The notes beneath the pieces were generated by a model. The model made no database searches. It saw only the letters and a list, made by a program, of their open reading frames with translations, and was not told the origin of the DNA. Source: the human T2T-CHM13v2.0 reference genome, Homo sapiens. From it: a stretch of DNA of 64,000 nucleotides. Position numbers and translations under genes: made by a program. The first letter of the stretch is position 1. The number at the start of each line of letters is the position of its first letter. The stretch lies in NCBI RefSeq assembly GCF_009914755.1, contig NC_060933.1; one strand, written 5' to 3'. Below are positions 41,629 through 56,153 of the stretch, in pieces.

Positions 41629-43839
41629 AAAATATTTAATTTTGGCATGTAATAGTGATGGTGGTTTAGTTTTTCCTGTTTTTTCATTTTGTATGGATCT
41701 TTGGGGAGAAAGACTAGCAAAGGTAGGTGTACAATGGACACTCCCCTCTGCATTAAATAAAAATCAGACTCCTTTAAAGGGGATGTTTTCAGATTTTGAA
41801 ATTTATCTTCTTATATGAAATTATACAATTCACCCACTCTATTTCAAGCACCCCACGTTCTGACGGAAAAAAAAAGCAGATGAAATGTCAAACACTTCCA
41901 GAAATATGAGGAAAACAGGAGAAAGAGCAATCATACAGATGACATAAGGGAAAAATGGGAATGTATAAATAATTTAAGTCATGACACTGTAAATGTGTAT
42001 GTAATTTGACTTTAGCAAATATTTACCGTTGAACATGAAAACAAGTTTCTAGTCATAAAACCCTCTACTTGATTACACTTTCAGCTAGAGAAAAATCTAG
42101 AGAGAAGCCAAGCTACTTTCAAAGGTGCAGACATTAATTTATTAAACACTAGTCTTTTCTATTTTAATTTTCAATAACAAACATTTTTGCCTTTTACAAT
42201 CTCTTCACATTTGCCATTTATCAAAGATCTTTACGTGGTTTAAAAGCACATCACAAACATTCGGGAGATCATGCATCTTCATTAACTCTGACCAGGTGTT
42301 TGCTATTGCCTACCCCACTCTTCTCAATGATGTCTTTGAAAGAGACAGTCCTACATTGGGTATTAAAAAGGTCAATCTTTCTAAATAATCAGAGCAAAAT
42401 CTCTTTAGCCCTTTAAGGTTATCTGGGTTTGCAAACAGAAGAATACCACAAATCCATTTCCACTTCACAGGGATCTGAGTATGCATGCAAATGCACACAC
42501 ACAAAGAATGCTGTAGGACTCGAGTGTCAACCGCATCTTAGACTCCAAATATTACCCTGACTGGCCTGTGTGAGGTCTACATTCCACTGTAAAAGGGCCA
42601 TTCACATGAATTTTGGCACTGCAAAGTTAGTGAACTAAAACTGAGAAAATGTGTAATTATTCAATGCCTCCCAATAACCAGCCAAGCTCGAAGAAATGGT
42701 AGGATTTGATAGAGAGCACCAAGATTCGAAGAGTTGTAAACAAGGCTTGTGAGGCAGAGTGGCAAGAAGGAGTGGCCAAAGGCCAAGTCATTGTTCGCAT
42801 ACTAGAAAGCGGAATATAAATAAAAGACTCCCAACTGCCCCGTATAAGCCAATATAGGTAAGTAAAAATGCTTTGTAAATATTATTAATAGTAGAAAACA
42901 ACTGATGTGATGTTCAAGGATTAAACCTTCAAAATACCCAGTTTCTTAAAGAAAATTAAACTTTCTTCTAGGTTTCCTTTTCTTTATGTCACAGGAATTT
43001 GAATATAGTTTAATCGGAGAAATACTTAATATTAACATCCTATTGTAAAAGTAGAATAGCGTTCTAATTAAAACATTGCTTCAACGGGTTTTTCCTAATG
43101 GAAAGAACTAGAGTTTACTTACAGCTAAACCTTCACCAACATAAGAGAAATATTCACCAATTTTCAATGAACATTTTGTAAAGTATGTATAGGAAACCAA
43201 GGATTTATAAGGATACACTTATAGTTTCGTTACTATCATTTATTTCTGTATCATGCACAAAAACAATTCCATTAATACATTTATTGTATTATCCATTTCA
43301 GTACTTATGCTAATACAGTCATTTTAATTTGGATATTTGAAATTTAGAATAGATTCATTGCTGTTAGTGCACTATCTGAAGAGAATTCTAGGTTACTTAT
43401 TTGTAATTAGGATCCAGACAAATGCCCATGTTTCTAAACACCACACAAAAACTAGCACAAGTGGCAGAGACTGATCATACTTCCTGTCTTCAAAAGACAA
43501 TGATCAATACAAAAAGTCAATGTGAACCATAGGTTTTTGCTTTTCACCTTGCCTGAACAAATTTCACAAATTCAAGAAAGATCCTTGAGCTTTAAGCAGT
43601 CTTCACTCTTTGGGGAAAGGCAAAGGATAGCAGCTCCTTTGTGGTAAGGACATGAGGCAGTTGTCAGAAGACCTGGGCTAAAACCCTGGCTCAACCCAAG
43701 TGCCCCTGTGACCTTACTTGACCTCCTTGATTCTACAAATTAGTTTGATCTAAATTCTCCCCAATGCTAATCTGCAGTTCACAACTCCTGTGATTCTCAG
43801 GAAGGAAGGTGTGATGCTGGAAGAGCATACTGGATTATA

Positions 43840-43992
43840 CTAGTGATTCTCAAAGTGTGGCTCTGCAGCATCACCACCTGGGAATTTGCAAGGAATGCAC
43901 ATTCTTGGACCTCCACCCCAGGTCTACATAATCAGCAATCTGTGTCTTCAGAAGATTCTGATGCACATTACAACGTGAGAACCAGTGGACTA
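43840..43992. mobile_element. MER5A-like DNA transposon
   Basis: tagtgattctcaaagtgtgg...gcatcaccacctgggaatttg...gattctgatgcaca...tgagaaccagtgg. Confidence 0.8.
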
Positions 43993-44266
43993 GACCAAAA
44001 CCACATTTAAGAGATTCAAAGTTCCAAATGCAAGGTAAAGGAAATAAATCTAAACTCCATCATCAGACTCAGTTTATCAGATCCCATCACTGCTGCACAA
44101 CGTAGATCATTAATTTTCAGGACTATAGCATTGAAGACATCTAAGCCATAATTTAAATACTGAATAACCGAGAAAAAAAATGAGGCCACAGAAGCAAAAA
44201 TAAGGGCAATTTTAGCTACTAATAGCCAATAAAAGTTAATTATATTTCTAACTAGGAAAGTTAGGA

Positions 44267-44581
<315 letters not shown>

Positions 44582-44861
44582 TAAATTTTTTTTTATATTT
44601 TCAAAGCTATTTATTGTTTATGAAAAAATCATTTCCTAACTATAAAGAATTTCTCCTTCAATCTTGTGAATATTTAATAAAAAGCTTTATTCAGGCTCAT
44701 AATGTATGCTAAAGTACTTCATTAATATAAAATATTATAATACGTAGTTAGGAGTTTTTACACTAACATAATAAATGGAAATATTTGAGTCATTCTGCAC
44801 ATTATAGTAACTGTAGTTACTTTTAATTTCTAATTTTGTAAAAGCCAAAAACAAATTCATA

Positions 44862-45325
44862 TACAGCCAGCCCTCCATATCTATAGGTTCCATATCCACA
44901 GATTAAGTCAATCTCAGGTAGAAAATATTCAATAAATAATAAACAATTTTTAAAAACGCAAATTTAAAAAACTGCCAGGCATAGTGGTGAGTACCTGTAG
45001 TCCTAGCTACTTGCGACGCTGAGGTGGGAGGATTGTGTAGGCCCAGGAGTTCGAGACCAGCCTGGTCAAAGTGTCCCATTGTGAGTCCTCGTCTCTTAAA
45101 ACACACACACACACTATACAATAAAACTATTTACAGAGCATTTATATTTATATTGTATTAGGTATTATAAGTAATCTAGAGATGATTTAAAGCATACAGG
45201 AGGATGTCCATAGGTTAAATGCAAATACTACTCCATTTTATATCAGAGACTTCAGCATCTGTGGATTTGGGTAACTGTGGGGGGTCCTGGAATCAATCCA
45301 AGAATACCAAGGAACAACTAACTGT
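44862..45325. mobile_element. Tigger3a/MER7A-like DNA transposon with a FLAM-like monomer inserted (~44973-45112)
   Basis: tacagccagccctccatatc...ttgtattaggtattataagtaatctagagatgatttaaag...gggtcctggaatcaatcc. Confidence 0.8.
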
Positions 45326-45979
45326 ATGGACATGGTGGCTCCATAATCTACTCTCTGAAGAAGTATAACTATAATAAAACATGTAATTGTTTTATACATA
45401 AAATATACAAAACATAAAATAATTGTTTATAATTATAAATAATTAAATAAATGATTACTTTCCTTCCTAAATTATCCTGATCTTTCCTAAATTTGGTTAC
45501 TACACTAAGAGGACTAGTTCAACTTCACAGTCTATTTGATCTTTGTTTTCTGAGATTAGTAAGAATTAGGCTAGGGAAAAAGACCCCTTTTTCAATTGCT
45601 CCATACTACATTTTTAAACATGGCTCCCCAAACATCAGAAAGAATCTACACTGTTAATGAAATACTTTACATATTAAAAAGAAAAATCATTGATTTGGAC
45701 CATGCAAAATTCTGAAATACATCTCTATCATTCCAATTATAACAGGTTAAAAACACTATAGGAAAAAGTGAGGAAGATATGTGCCAAAACCTAAGCACCT
45801 GAATCCTGGCGAAAATCTGCAATGAGGTATCTTTTGGAGGTTGTTTTATTATATCAGAAACTTAGTTCTTAAAACACTTATCCAAAGTCAATGGATTTGC
45901 TTTATTTTATTTAAAAATAAAGTCATTCTTGCAGCAAGAGGGCTAAAACCCAGGTAGGTTTCATTACAAGAAAGGATTT

Positions 45980-46360
<381 letters not shown>

Positions 46361-46613
46361 TCACTTCAGTAAGTCTAATAACACAGCACAGCTCGAGATG
46401 CTGAATAAGCTCAATAGACAAATGCACACTTAACATCAGATCATCTCCTCACTGCATTTTTCAAGCTTCTTAACAAACTGTTCAACTGCAGTGATATACT
46501 TTAGGTGTATCCGTGAGGCACAGTATTAGAGAAATGGGCTGTTCAGATATATCTCTTATGATAGGTGTGGGTATACCTCTATCATAACAAAATCTAACAG
46601 TAGTATATTCGGC

Positions 46614-46910
<297 letters not shown>

Positions 46911-47025
46911 AACTTTCTTAAAAACAACTTTTTATCACTGTGTCCAATTCTGGGTTTTTATCACATTCTCACAAAGTTCTATACATCAAATAATCTGAGC
47001 TGGTTAAAGAAGATGACAAAATGAA

Positions 47026-47595
47026 TGCAACATTTAATACAGTTTTTATTTGTTTAATTTGGTAAATGTAGAATGTAATGGTTTCAAGGCAAACCCTGGA
47101 CTACTTCAGTCACAACCCAATAGTTAACATGATTCTGAAGAACAGTCTTATCTGCAATATCTACCCACTTCTAAACAAACACATCTATAGAAATCCATGT
47201 ACATATATATTAGTTTTCAACAAGTCAGGATTTTCAACAACTCTAAAATTTCAATTTTATATTCTGAACACACTTCAAAATTATCCACTTGATGCAGGAT
47301 ATAACCATAGGGAGATAAAAATTCATGCAATGATACTCAGGTTTTTTTTTTAAAGGTAAATCCAATATTTGATCATTCAATGCTACATAAAGTGCATTGA
47401 ATATCGAAAATAAAACAAGCGCCAATTTTATCATTAATTAATAACACATTTATTATCTTGAAACCAAACTGGCCCAAGTTACTTTTTGTCTTTTTGAGTC
47501 AGCTCTGTATAAACTCATTTCTCTCAAGCTTCCTGGGAAATAAAAACCAAGATATTTCATTTATTCTTTGCAGTTAACAAGAGATGGCAGCGGGC
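47026..47595 (-). other. AGTPBP1: 3' UTR of AGTPBP1 (3' end approximate)
   Basis: AT-rich, repeat-free sequence after the stop codon. It ends with AATAAA (47050-47045) and ATTAAA (47038-47033), followed by a U-rich tract (ttcattttgtcatcttcttt). Confidence 0.75.
47033..47050 (-). terminator. Polyadenylation signals AATAAA and ATTAAA
   Basis: Plus-strand tttatt at 47045-47050 and tttaat at 47033-47038, with a U-rich downstream element on the minus strand. Confidence 0.7.
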
Positions 47596-47773
47596 TCAAG
47601 GTAGGTATGTTCTTGATAATTCAGAGTCAGAAAGTACTTCTTCTTGAGCAGAAGGTTCATAATCTCCTACATTTTCAGCCAACTCAATATCTAACTCATC
47701 ATTACTTTCTGCACTGTAATCAACTTCTTCAAGGAATCGAGGTTCATCTTCATCCAAGACATAAGTGGTAGGG
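47596..47773 (-). CDS. AGTPBP1: Coding part of the last exon of cytosolic carboxypeptidase 1 (CCP1/Nna1); 58-aa acidic C-terminal tail
   Basis: Minus-strand acceptor ...gtgttttggctgcag|C CCT ACC ACT TAT (AG at 47775-47774, phase 2). The frame [58 protein letters not shown] is open to TGA at 47598-47596 and is followed by an AT-rich UTR with poly(A) signals. Peptide recognised from memory as the AGTPBP1 C-terminus; no database search was run. Confidence 0.9.
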
Positions 47774-49147
47774 CTGCAGCCAAAACACACAGAACATACA
47801 AGACTTTGTGAGGTCTTAAGGTCCTAATATAAGATTATTTCACCATACTGGACTAACTTTGATTCCAATATAATATAAGCTGCATTAACTTTAAAAATCT
47901 TATCCAAATGAACAAGTTGAAATTTATAATAGGTGAAAGTTCCTTGTATTGACAATAAGCAGTGAAATGTGAATCATTAATTGTATTACAAGAGTATCAA
48001 TATATATCCTAAAATTAGATAGATAGCTTAAAAAACAGTGAACTCTCTCATCAGGTTATTTCTTTGAATGATTTCATCAATTTGCAGGCTAAGATTTATT
48101 TTTTAATTCTACTAAAATCACTGTGTATCAGGCAAATATAATTTCAATAGTCCTTACAAGAAACTGTGAGCATTTAATTGGCTTCTCGAGTAATGCACTA
48201 AAACCACTCACTCTAAGTCTATAAAGTGATTAGCTGCCATAAAAACAGCCCATATACCCACCCCACCAGTTTCCGTAGGTCAAGAATAAAACTGAAAAAC
48301 AAGTGAACACTCTACACCCAGATTAATTACTTTCCCTAAGGACACAGAATAAGACATTTGCTTAAAAGCACTAAGTGCTTCTAAATATTTCATGAAGTAG
48401 GTTGTTTGGGACTGAGACAACTTTTCTACTAGGTTCTGTAATGTATTCTTTCCTAGAAAAATACCACATTATTCTGATTTCTCCCCATTTGTGAGATTTA
48501 CACCCCCCCACACAAAATATCAAATAAACACTACAGAAACATTTTAGAATCTCTAAGGTAGTGACCAAAACTACCCTAATTTCATATAGATGTATGTTTG
48601 TTTATTTCCCACCTGCTACCAAAAAGGATTTCCTATAACTGATGCAATTAAAACCTATAAAATCAGACAATGAAAAAGGAACAATATCTGTTAAAATAAG
48701 AGAGAAGCAGATGTCATTAGTCACCTAAAATGAGAGAATTCCTGCAACTGAGTATGAAATTCAGTCCAGATATCTGGAAGTTAAGGTGGGATGGGAAAGT
48801 TAATAGATTATATGGCTCTAATTTTCTGAGAAGTTTGCAAGACTCATCCAGCAAGAGTACCTTTTTCCTATACTTGCTTTAATCTTGCTCATTAAAGGGA
48901 AAAATGCATTGCAAAACCACCTTGATCTAATGTAGCAAACTTCCTCTTAAAAGTTCAGAGCTTGCAATATGATAGAGTAGTCCAAATAAATCAAGCTGAG
49001 TGGCTTGGAGGATTGTGTGAGACTTCACAACATACCTAACACTCAGGAGAACAATTTCACAGTTTTTAATTTGCAACTAAAATATTTAGTATGAATCTGT
49101 TAGGTCATTAGAGAAACAAGTTAGATTAAAAGAAATGATTATTTGGC

Positions 49148-49461
49148 TTTGGTTTTTTTTTGTTTTTGTTTTTGTTTTTTGAGACAGAGTCTTTCTCTGT
49201 TGCCCAGGCTGGAGTGCAGTGGTGTGATCTCGACACACTGCAACCTCTGCCTCCGGGTTCAAGCAATTCTCCTGCCTCAGCCTCCTGACTAGCTGGGACT
49301 ACAGGCCCCCACCACCATGCCTGGCTAATTTTTATATTTTTAGTAGAGACGAGGTTTCACCATGTTGGCCAGGCTGGTCTCTAACTTCTGACCTCAAGTG
49401 ATCCGCCTGCCTTGGCCTCCCAAAGTGCTGGGATTACAGGTGTGAGCCACCACACCCGACC
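49148..49461 (-). mobile_element. AluS with TSD ttatttggc
   Basis: TSD at 49139-49147 and 49462-49470. Confidence 0.95.
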
Positions 49462-49487
49462 TTATTTGGCCCTTTAAAATGACTTAC

Positions 49488-49589
49488 CATGTTTCTTTTG
49501 AAATATAATAATTCATTCTTCCTCCTTGAGTTTGTATTTCAAATTCTCAGAGGAGTCCCAGGTGATTCTTAGAATAAATGGAAAACTAA
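49488..49589 (-). other. Candidate cryptic/poison cassette exon (102 nt) in the AGTPBP1 last intron
   Basis: Long polypyrimidine tract plus CAG acceptor (tcttttctcccttccctcttttccctttctttgcttcag|TTAG...) and a consensus donor ATG|GTAAGT. Confidence 0.4.
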
Positions 49590-50667
49590 CTGAAGCAAAG
49601 AAAGGGAAAAGAGGGAAGGGAGAAAAGACAAATCTTCTCTTGCCACATACTTATTTTCTTCCTGGAGACAGTCATAACAAGAAGATATGATAATGGAAAT
49701 GCAAGGAAGAGACAGATACTAAAAAGTTATGCACTGTGCCAGCACAGGGTCTGGGGAAACCACCCAGAACTACAGAGGCTGCTTACAGATAGACAAGAAG
49801 TGGCCAGTGTCTCCCATCAGGTAGGAAGAACACAAAATCCATGTGTTGGGTAGCTGGGCAGGGAAGCACGCATCGTTCAAGAGATCTATGGACAGCGGAA
49901 TTCCAGCCCACCTTTCCCCCTATCTGAAAACAAACTTGGCATAAGTGAAACTGGTTGCTGGGAGCCCAGCCACTGCACTGGGATCAGAGTAAGGATCTCA
50001 TTCTCCATGGGAAACTGAATATTGCAGAGTTAATCAATTTGAACAAAAGGAAAGGGTTTACAGAAAAAGCCTAGTCTTATAAGCTGAAGTCAATGAGGAA
50101 ACAGAATGAGAGAAGTATGATTTAGGAGCAAGAAGGATGCCCAGGATAGAGCTAAATAAGTTTAGCTTCCTTGACAGGAAGGAATCTTAGAGCAATGTTG
50201 GTATCAGGTGTTGATGTGCACTTTTAAGACAAAGTAGCACAACCTGGAAGGCAAGTACCTGGAAAATAAAAGAAGCATCTTCACAAGAAATGCTTAGGAA
50301 AATAATCTGATCCTGTCAGTTCTTGATCTTGGCTCATTTATCATGTTGACTATGAGAAGAACTCCATTCATTTCTTGAAATCACCCATTCTAGTAAGAGT
50401 ATGGAGCTGGTCCACTCCTCTGATTCCACTCCTATAACCCACAATGGCCCTAACATTTGACTCTTGTTTCTCCAGGTCCTAATAAGATCATGTTCCTAGC
50501 CACAGCTTCATTAAGGTCTACATTGGAGCTGAAGTATACAGCACACATCGAGCTATTGTGATGGGCCCACCAGTGCTAGCTCGGGCACATTAGTCAGGCT
50601 GAGTGTGCAAAGAGGAGTAAGTTAGCGGTGCAAAGAGGTATACACAAGTGTGTACAAGAGTTTGTGA

Positions 50668-50705
<38 letters not shown>
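50668..50705. repeat. (TG)n(AG)n compound microsatellite
   Basis: Directly visible. Confidence 0.95.
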
Positions 50706-51368
50706 AAGATATCAGGGGATCTGGAAGGAGCTAGGGGAATAAATACTGAGACAGGGGAAAGAGAAAAACAGAAGATTACATCCCCCAACATTCCACTAAA
50801 ACCAGCATTCAGACTGCTATTCCAATCACCATTTTCCAGTCCATTTTTACTAGCTCTCTCCACTGTGCTTCCTGGTGGTGAAAATTCTGATACCCTTCTA
50901 TTCTAGTTTGCTTAATTCCTTTCTGTCCCTTCTCAATGGTAATCATGTGCTCCTCATCCTCTATGCATTCCTCAAACCTAGGCACTGTATTTATAAAAAT
51001 GCTTTCTTAGCCAACAGCTCTTATAAGCATGCCCTCTTTGAACAAGTTCATCTATTTTCTGTATTCTCATTATTTCCAAATCCAAATTTCTAGCCCCAAC
51101 TTCTCCATGGAACTTCCGTACATGCATGGACTTGCCAGATATAGTCCCATGACCGTCTCACGTGCACCTCAAATGTAGCATCTGGAAAACTCACCGTTCT
51201 CCCCACCAAGCCCAATCCTCTTCCAGTATGCTCGGTAACATTCACTCCGTGAGTCATGCAAACCAAAGTTCGCTACAAGCAAGTCCTGCCACTCAATATC
51301 CTGACCACTCCATGCCTCACATTTCATACTGCAAGCCTTCACCAGCACTGTTTCCTCTGCATAAGGTA

Positions 51369-51762
51369 TTGATAGGGTTTGGATGTGTGGCCACTCCAAA
51401 TCTCATGTTGAAATGTAATGCCCAGTGTCAGAGGTGGGGCCTGGTGGGAGGTGTTTGGGTCATGAATGGCTTGGTGTCTCTCACAGTAATGAGTTTTCAC
51501 TCTGTGTTCATGCGAGATCTGGTTGTTTAAAAGAGTGTGGCACTTCCCCCTCTCGCCATGTGACATGTCTGCTCCCGCTATGCCTTCCACGAGTAAAAGC
51601 TCCCTGAGACCTTCCCAAAAGCCAAGCAGACGGTGGCACCATGCTTCCTGTACAGCCTGCAGAACCACCAGCCAATTAAACCTCTTTTCTTCATAAATTA
51701 CCCGGTCTCAGTTTATAAGTACCCAGTTGCTATAAAGGAATACCTTTATAATGGACAAATAC
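51369..51762 (+). mobile_element. MSTA/B-like MaLR LTR within an L2 remnant
   Basis: tgatagggtttggatgtgtg..ccaaatctcatgttgaaatgtaat...cttcctgtacagcctgcagaacc..gccaattaaacctcttttc. Confidence 0.9.
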
Positions 51763-53765
51763 AGGTATACTTCACATCTTTCTTCCCCTAAATACTCTTT
51801 AGTTTTTCAAAACACAGCTCAGTCTCATCTTCAGATGTTCATCCTTAAAGCTCATCTTGGAATATGTGTCCCTTCTCTATATCCCCTTTGTACCTTGCAC
51901 ATTCTATCTGATCACTTCATGTATGCAATTGAAAGCACTCATTTGTGTGCCTATATTCTCAGTACTAAATCACAAGTGCCTTTAAGATCAAGAACTGTGA
52001 CTTACCCATCTGATCTCTCCTGTCAGTTTCCAGAAGGGCATGACACATTGCAGGCACCTCAATAAATGTTTGCTAAACTCTTTATGAAAAGCCTTGAGGT
52101 TGACGAGATCCTCAGTTTTTATCCCACAGATTTTACTTTAGTGAACAAACTTCAAGGCACAAGACCAATCACAGCAATTCATCTTTGCTTTTATTAATAA
52201 TTTCAACGTATGTTTTGAGCACTTTACAATGTAGGAAATGCTTTCATAGACATTATTTCCTATGATTCTCACAAAACCTTCACTGAAAAAAAAGACTTCA
52301 AGGTCACTTGCCCTATGTTTATAAAATAATCGCTTTAAATAAGCAGATAGGAGTCCAAAAATTCTTACAATCATAAGAAAAAAAAAGTCTAACCAGTACT
52401 TAATTATTTCTTGTCATGATTACTTTGTTTTAACGCCACTGTTTCCTTGCTTCCCCCATTTTCTTCAGATAAGTTTACTCCTTTTGGCTTGTCCTGCATC
52501 CTTTTCTGACAGCTGCCCTGTGTACACCTGCCTTAACATCTATCCTTCTACTCTGAATAGACTAAGCCAAAAGCAATTAAGAAATATTTCATTCTAAAGA
52601 AAACAGAATTTTAGTCCAAAACCAAATCCTGTCATGCTGCTTCAAGAAAAACATCAAAACTTTCACCCAAAGAGCCTTTCTGACAGGATGAATGCATTGA
52701 AATTCTCTGCTGTATGGTATCATTATGATGCAGAAAAGGTTTATAATTCCAACTGATTTCTGAAGAGAACAAAAAATGTTTACTTTATGCAGATTCAGAA
52801 AGTTTTCTGGCTACCCTCACATTAAGCTATTAAGTGTAACACAAAACTAAACCTAAAAAATTCACCATTCTCCCTCAAATTTATGCCATCTCCTTCCATG
52901 AGAGCTGATTTGCCATCCAAGACACCAGAATGTACATCTTCGGCTCCATGACCTACAACAGGCATGATGAAAGCAAAACACTGCCCATGGAGTTGGAAAT
53001 TCTGGGTTGTGCCTCTACTGTATTCACCAGTTGTATGACCCAGAACAAGCCATTTCCTCTCTCTGAGCACAGGTTTCTCAGTGTAAAGCAGAGATAACAA
53101 TATCAGTCTCACCCATCTCACAAAGTTGCTGGGCTCATATGATGATAATAATAAAACCTACCTTGTTAAAGAAAACAGTAAATCAACCTTTCTCAATTCC
53201 TAAAGAACCCAGGCAATGGCCTGTCTCAAGCCAATAGGATGAAAAATACTCCATCTACCTTTGCACCTCAGAACCCTCCTTTAACTCTGAACTCTTAACT
53301 CTTGAGAATAACCTACCTGTTTTAAGACAGCATAATAAAATATCATGGGGGAAAATTTTTGAAAATGATGCAGAAACAGAAAAATATGCCATTGCCTAAA
53401 TTATTGGCAATTGGTGAATTGCTGATTGTGTCTGATTTTCTTGTATTGAAATGTCAGATTTAGGGTGAAAGAAAATCTTTCTATTTGTACAAATACCAGA
53501 AGATGTTTCATTTATATAATTTATAAAATTTTATTCCTATCTTGTGAGAGATAAATATAGCATCTCCTAAAAATATCACAAAGTAAACAAAGTTATCCAT
53601 AGAAAATGCAAGTAACAATTTCTGTCAGGCTTAAATGGCTACAGCATATAGACGTACATGCATACACACACATAACTAGCATACAGAATATCCAACAAGA
53701 GAATATGTCTATTTGGAAAAAAAAGAAATTTGCTAATCTATTTGTACTTTTGTTGAAAAGTACAA

Positions 53766-54083
53766 TACAGTCCCTGACTTGTAATAGTTCAATGTAAAAT
53801 TTTTTGACTTTACAATGGTGCAAAACCATTCCGTTATTTCAGTATAATATTCAATAAATTACTTGAGATATCCAACAGTTTATTATAAAACAGGCTTTGC
53901 CTTAGATGATTTTGCCTGACTGCAGGCTACTGTTTAAGTGTTCTGAGTATGTTTAATGTAGGCTAGGCTAAGCTATGATGTTTGGTAGTTAGGTGTAGGA
54001 AACGGGCTTCTAACTTACGGTATTTTCAGCTTATGATGGGTTTATCGGGACATAATCCCACTGTAAGTCAAGGAGCAGCTGTA
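53766..54083. mobile_element. MER47A-like Tigger-family DNA transposon
   Basis: taggctaggctaagctatgatgtttggtag...gatgggtttatcgggacataatcccactgtaagtcaaggagca. Confidence 0.8.
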
Positions 54084-54497
54084 TCACTTAGCTGTATCAC
54101 TAAGCTGGCTTTGGGAAGCAGCAATTAACTATGTCACTATTTTGCCATTGAACTAAAACATTCCTTACACATAATGAAAGTGTTAAATGACTAAATTATC
54201 CAAATTAGACAAGAGCATTTCAAAAACTGAAACCATTATATTCTATTAATTTTGATTACATACTTGGGGGATATAAGATACAATAAAGGAACGTGAATTT
54301 TAGAGTTAGACCTCAATCCAACTCCTGATTCTGACCGGAATTTCTAGATGGATGGCCTCAGGTAAATTTCTCTCTTTCAGCCTCAGCTGCACACATCCAT
54401 AAAAGGATCATAATACCATCTGTCTCTGATCATTCTCAGTAGAACATTAGAACCTCTGGGATAACCAACCTTTACAGAAATTCAGAATGAACATGCT

Positions 54498-54665
54498 TAT
54501 CAGGGGTCCCAAGACCACCATAGGGTTAGTGATTTGCTAGGAAGACTCACAGGACTCAGCACACAGTTGAATTCAGTTATGACTTATTACAGTGAAAGGA
54601 TACAAAGCAAAATCAGCAAAGAAAAAAAGGTGCGTGGGGCAAAGTCCAGTGGAACCCAGGCCAAG
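54498..54665. mobile_element. MER21-like LTR fragment
   Basis: ggtcccaagaccacc...gactcacaggactcagca...gaaaggatacaaagcaaaatcagcaaag. Confidence 0.7.
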
Positions 54666-55804
54666 CAAGGGCAGCTGTTAGAGGCAGAGAAGTCATCAGA
54701 GCTTTCAGCAATTTCAAAGGATTGGAGGCAAAAACTGAAGTTCAGAGCTGCCAAGGTTCCTGAAAGAAGGGAGGTGCAGAGATGTGACCTCAACACTTGA
54801 CAGTTTTCCCTTAAAGACATTTGACAAATTTTTAAATTACATAGTACAAGAGGCTAAAAAGCAAAGCATAAAGCAGCAAAACAACCAAAACAAAAAATAA
54901 ACAAGTGAGCAACAGAAATTTCTGGTAGTCCTGTGGTGCTGGGGAGAGGAGGAGCCTAGGCCTTCAGTTGTGACCTCTGGAGGGCTACAGCTTACAAAGC
55001 CAGGAGGAGGCGTGAACCAAGAGTTCAAAGAGGTTTCATACATTTTGCAACCCTACCTTAAGGAAACTCAGGGGCTCTCTGGACTCAGGCAATCTGCCCT
55101 ACTCTAAAAGCCTCCCAGAAGATAAAATGAATCTTCTGTGAGGGAAGATATCTAGAGCCTCTGAAGTTTTTATACATAATACCTGGCATCTGATCAAATA
55201 TTACCACACATAAGAAATAGAAACAGGAAAAATATTCCAACAGAAACAGACCCAAAGGTAGTTCAGTATGGGGGTTCTCAGGCATGAACTTTAAGTAATA
55301 ATTGTAATTAATATGTCCAAACAGACGATGAAATGAAGAATTTCACCATCTATTAATCTATTTAAAGAGAATCAAATGGAAAACCTAGAAATGAAAAATA
55401 TATAACTGAAATTAAGAACTCAAAGATAGGTTTAAAACTGTCTTTTGGACAGAGCTGGAAAGAGACTTAGTGAAGCAGAGATAGGTAAGTAGAAAATGTC
55501 CAAACTGAAGGGAAGAAAGCAAAAAAAGGATAGAAAACTTAAATCTCCACATAAATTAAACCTGCTGAGGAAAAACGAATGTGGCAGATGCAACATTTGA
55601 AGAGCTAAGGGTGGGGAATTTTCCAAAAACAACAAAAGACTCAAATCACAAATTTAGGAGGGGCTACAAATCCCAAGTAGGATAAATACAAAGAAAACCA
55701 ACTCTCAGCACTCATAGCAAAATTGCTAAAAACCAGAAATAGAAAAACCTAAAAGCATCCAGACAAGACTCATTGCCTTCAAAGGAGTAAAAAATAAGAC
55801 AGTA

Positions 55805-56153
<349 letters not shown>

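Noticed and set aside
41640-43500. AT-rich unique region as a possible extended AGTPBP1 3' UTR
   Set aside because: Poly(A)-like hexamers are expected by chance at this composition; cannot be supported without expression data.
47774-47790. N-terminal MCFGCS of the 64-aa ORF-track entry
   Set aside because: Intronic sequence upstream of the splice acceptor, not a real start.
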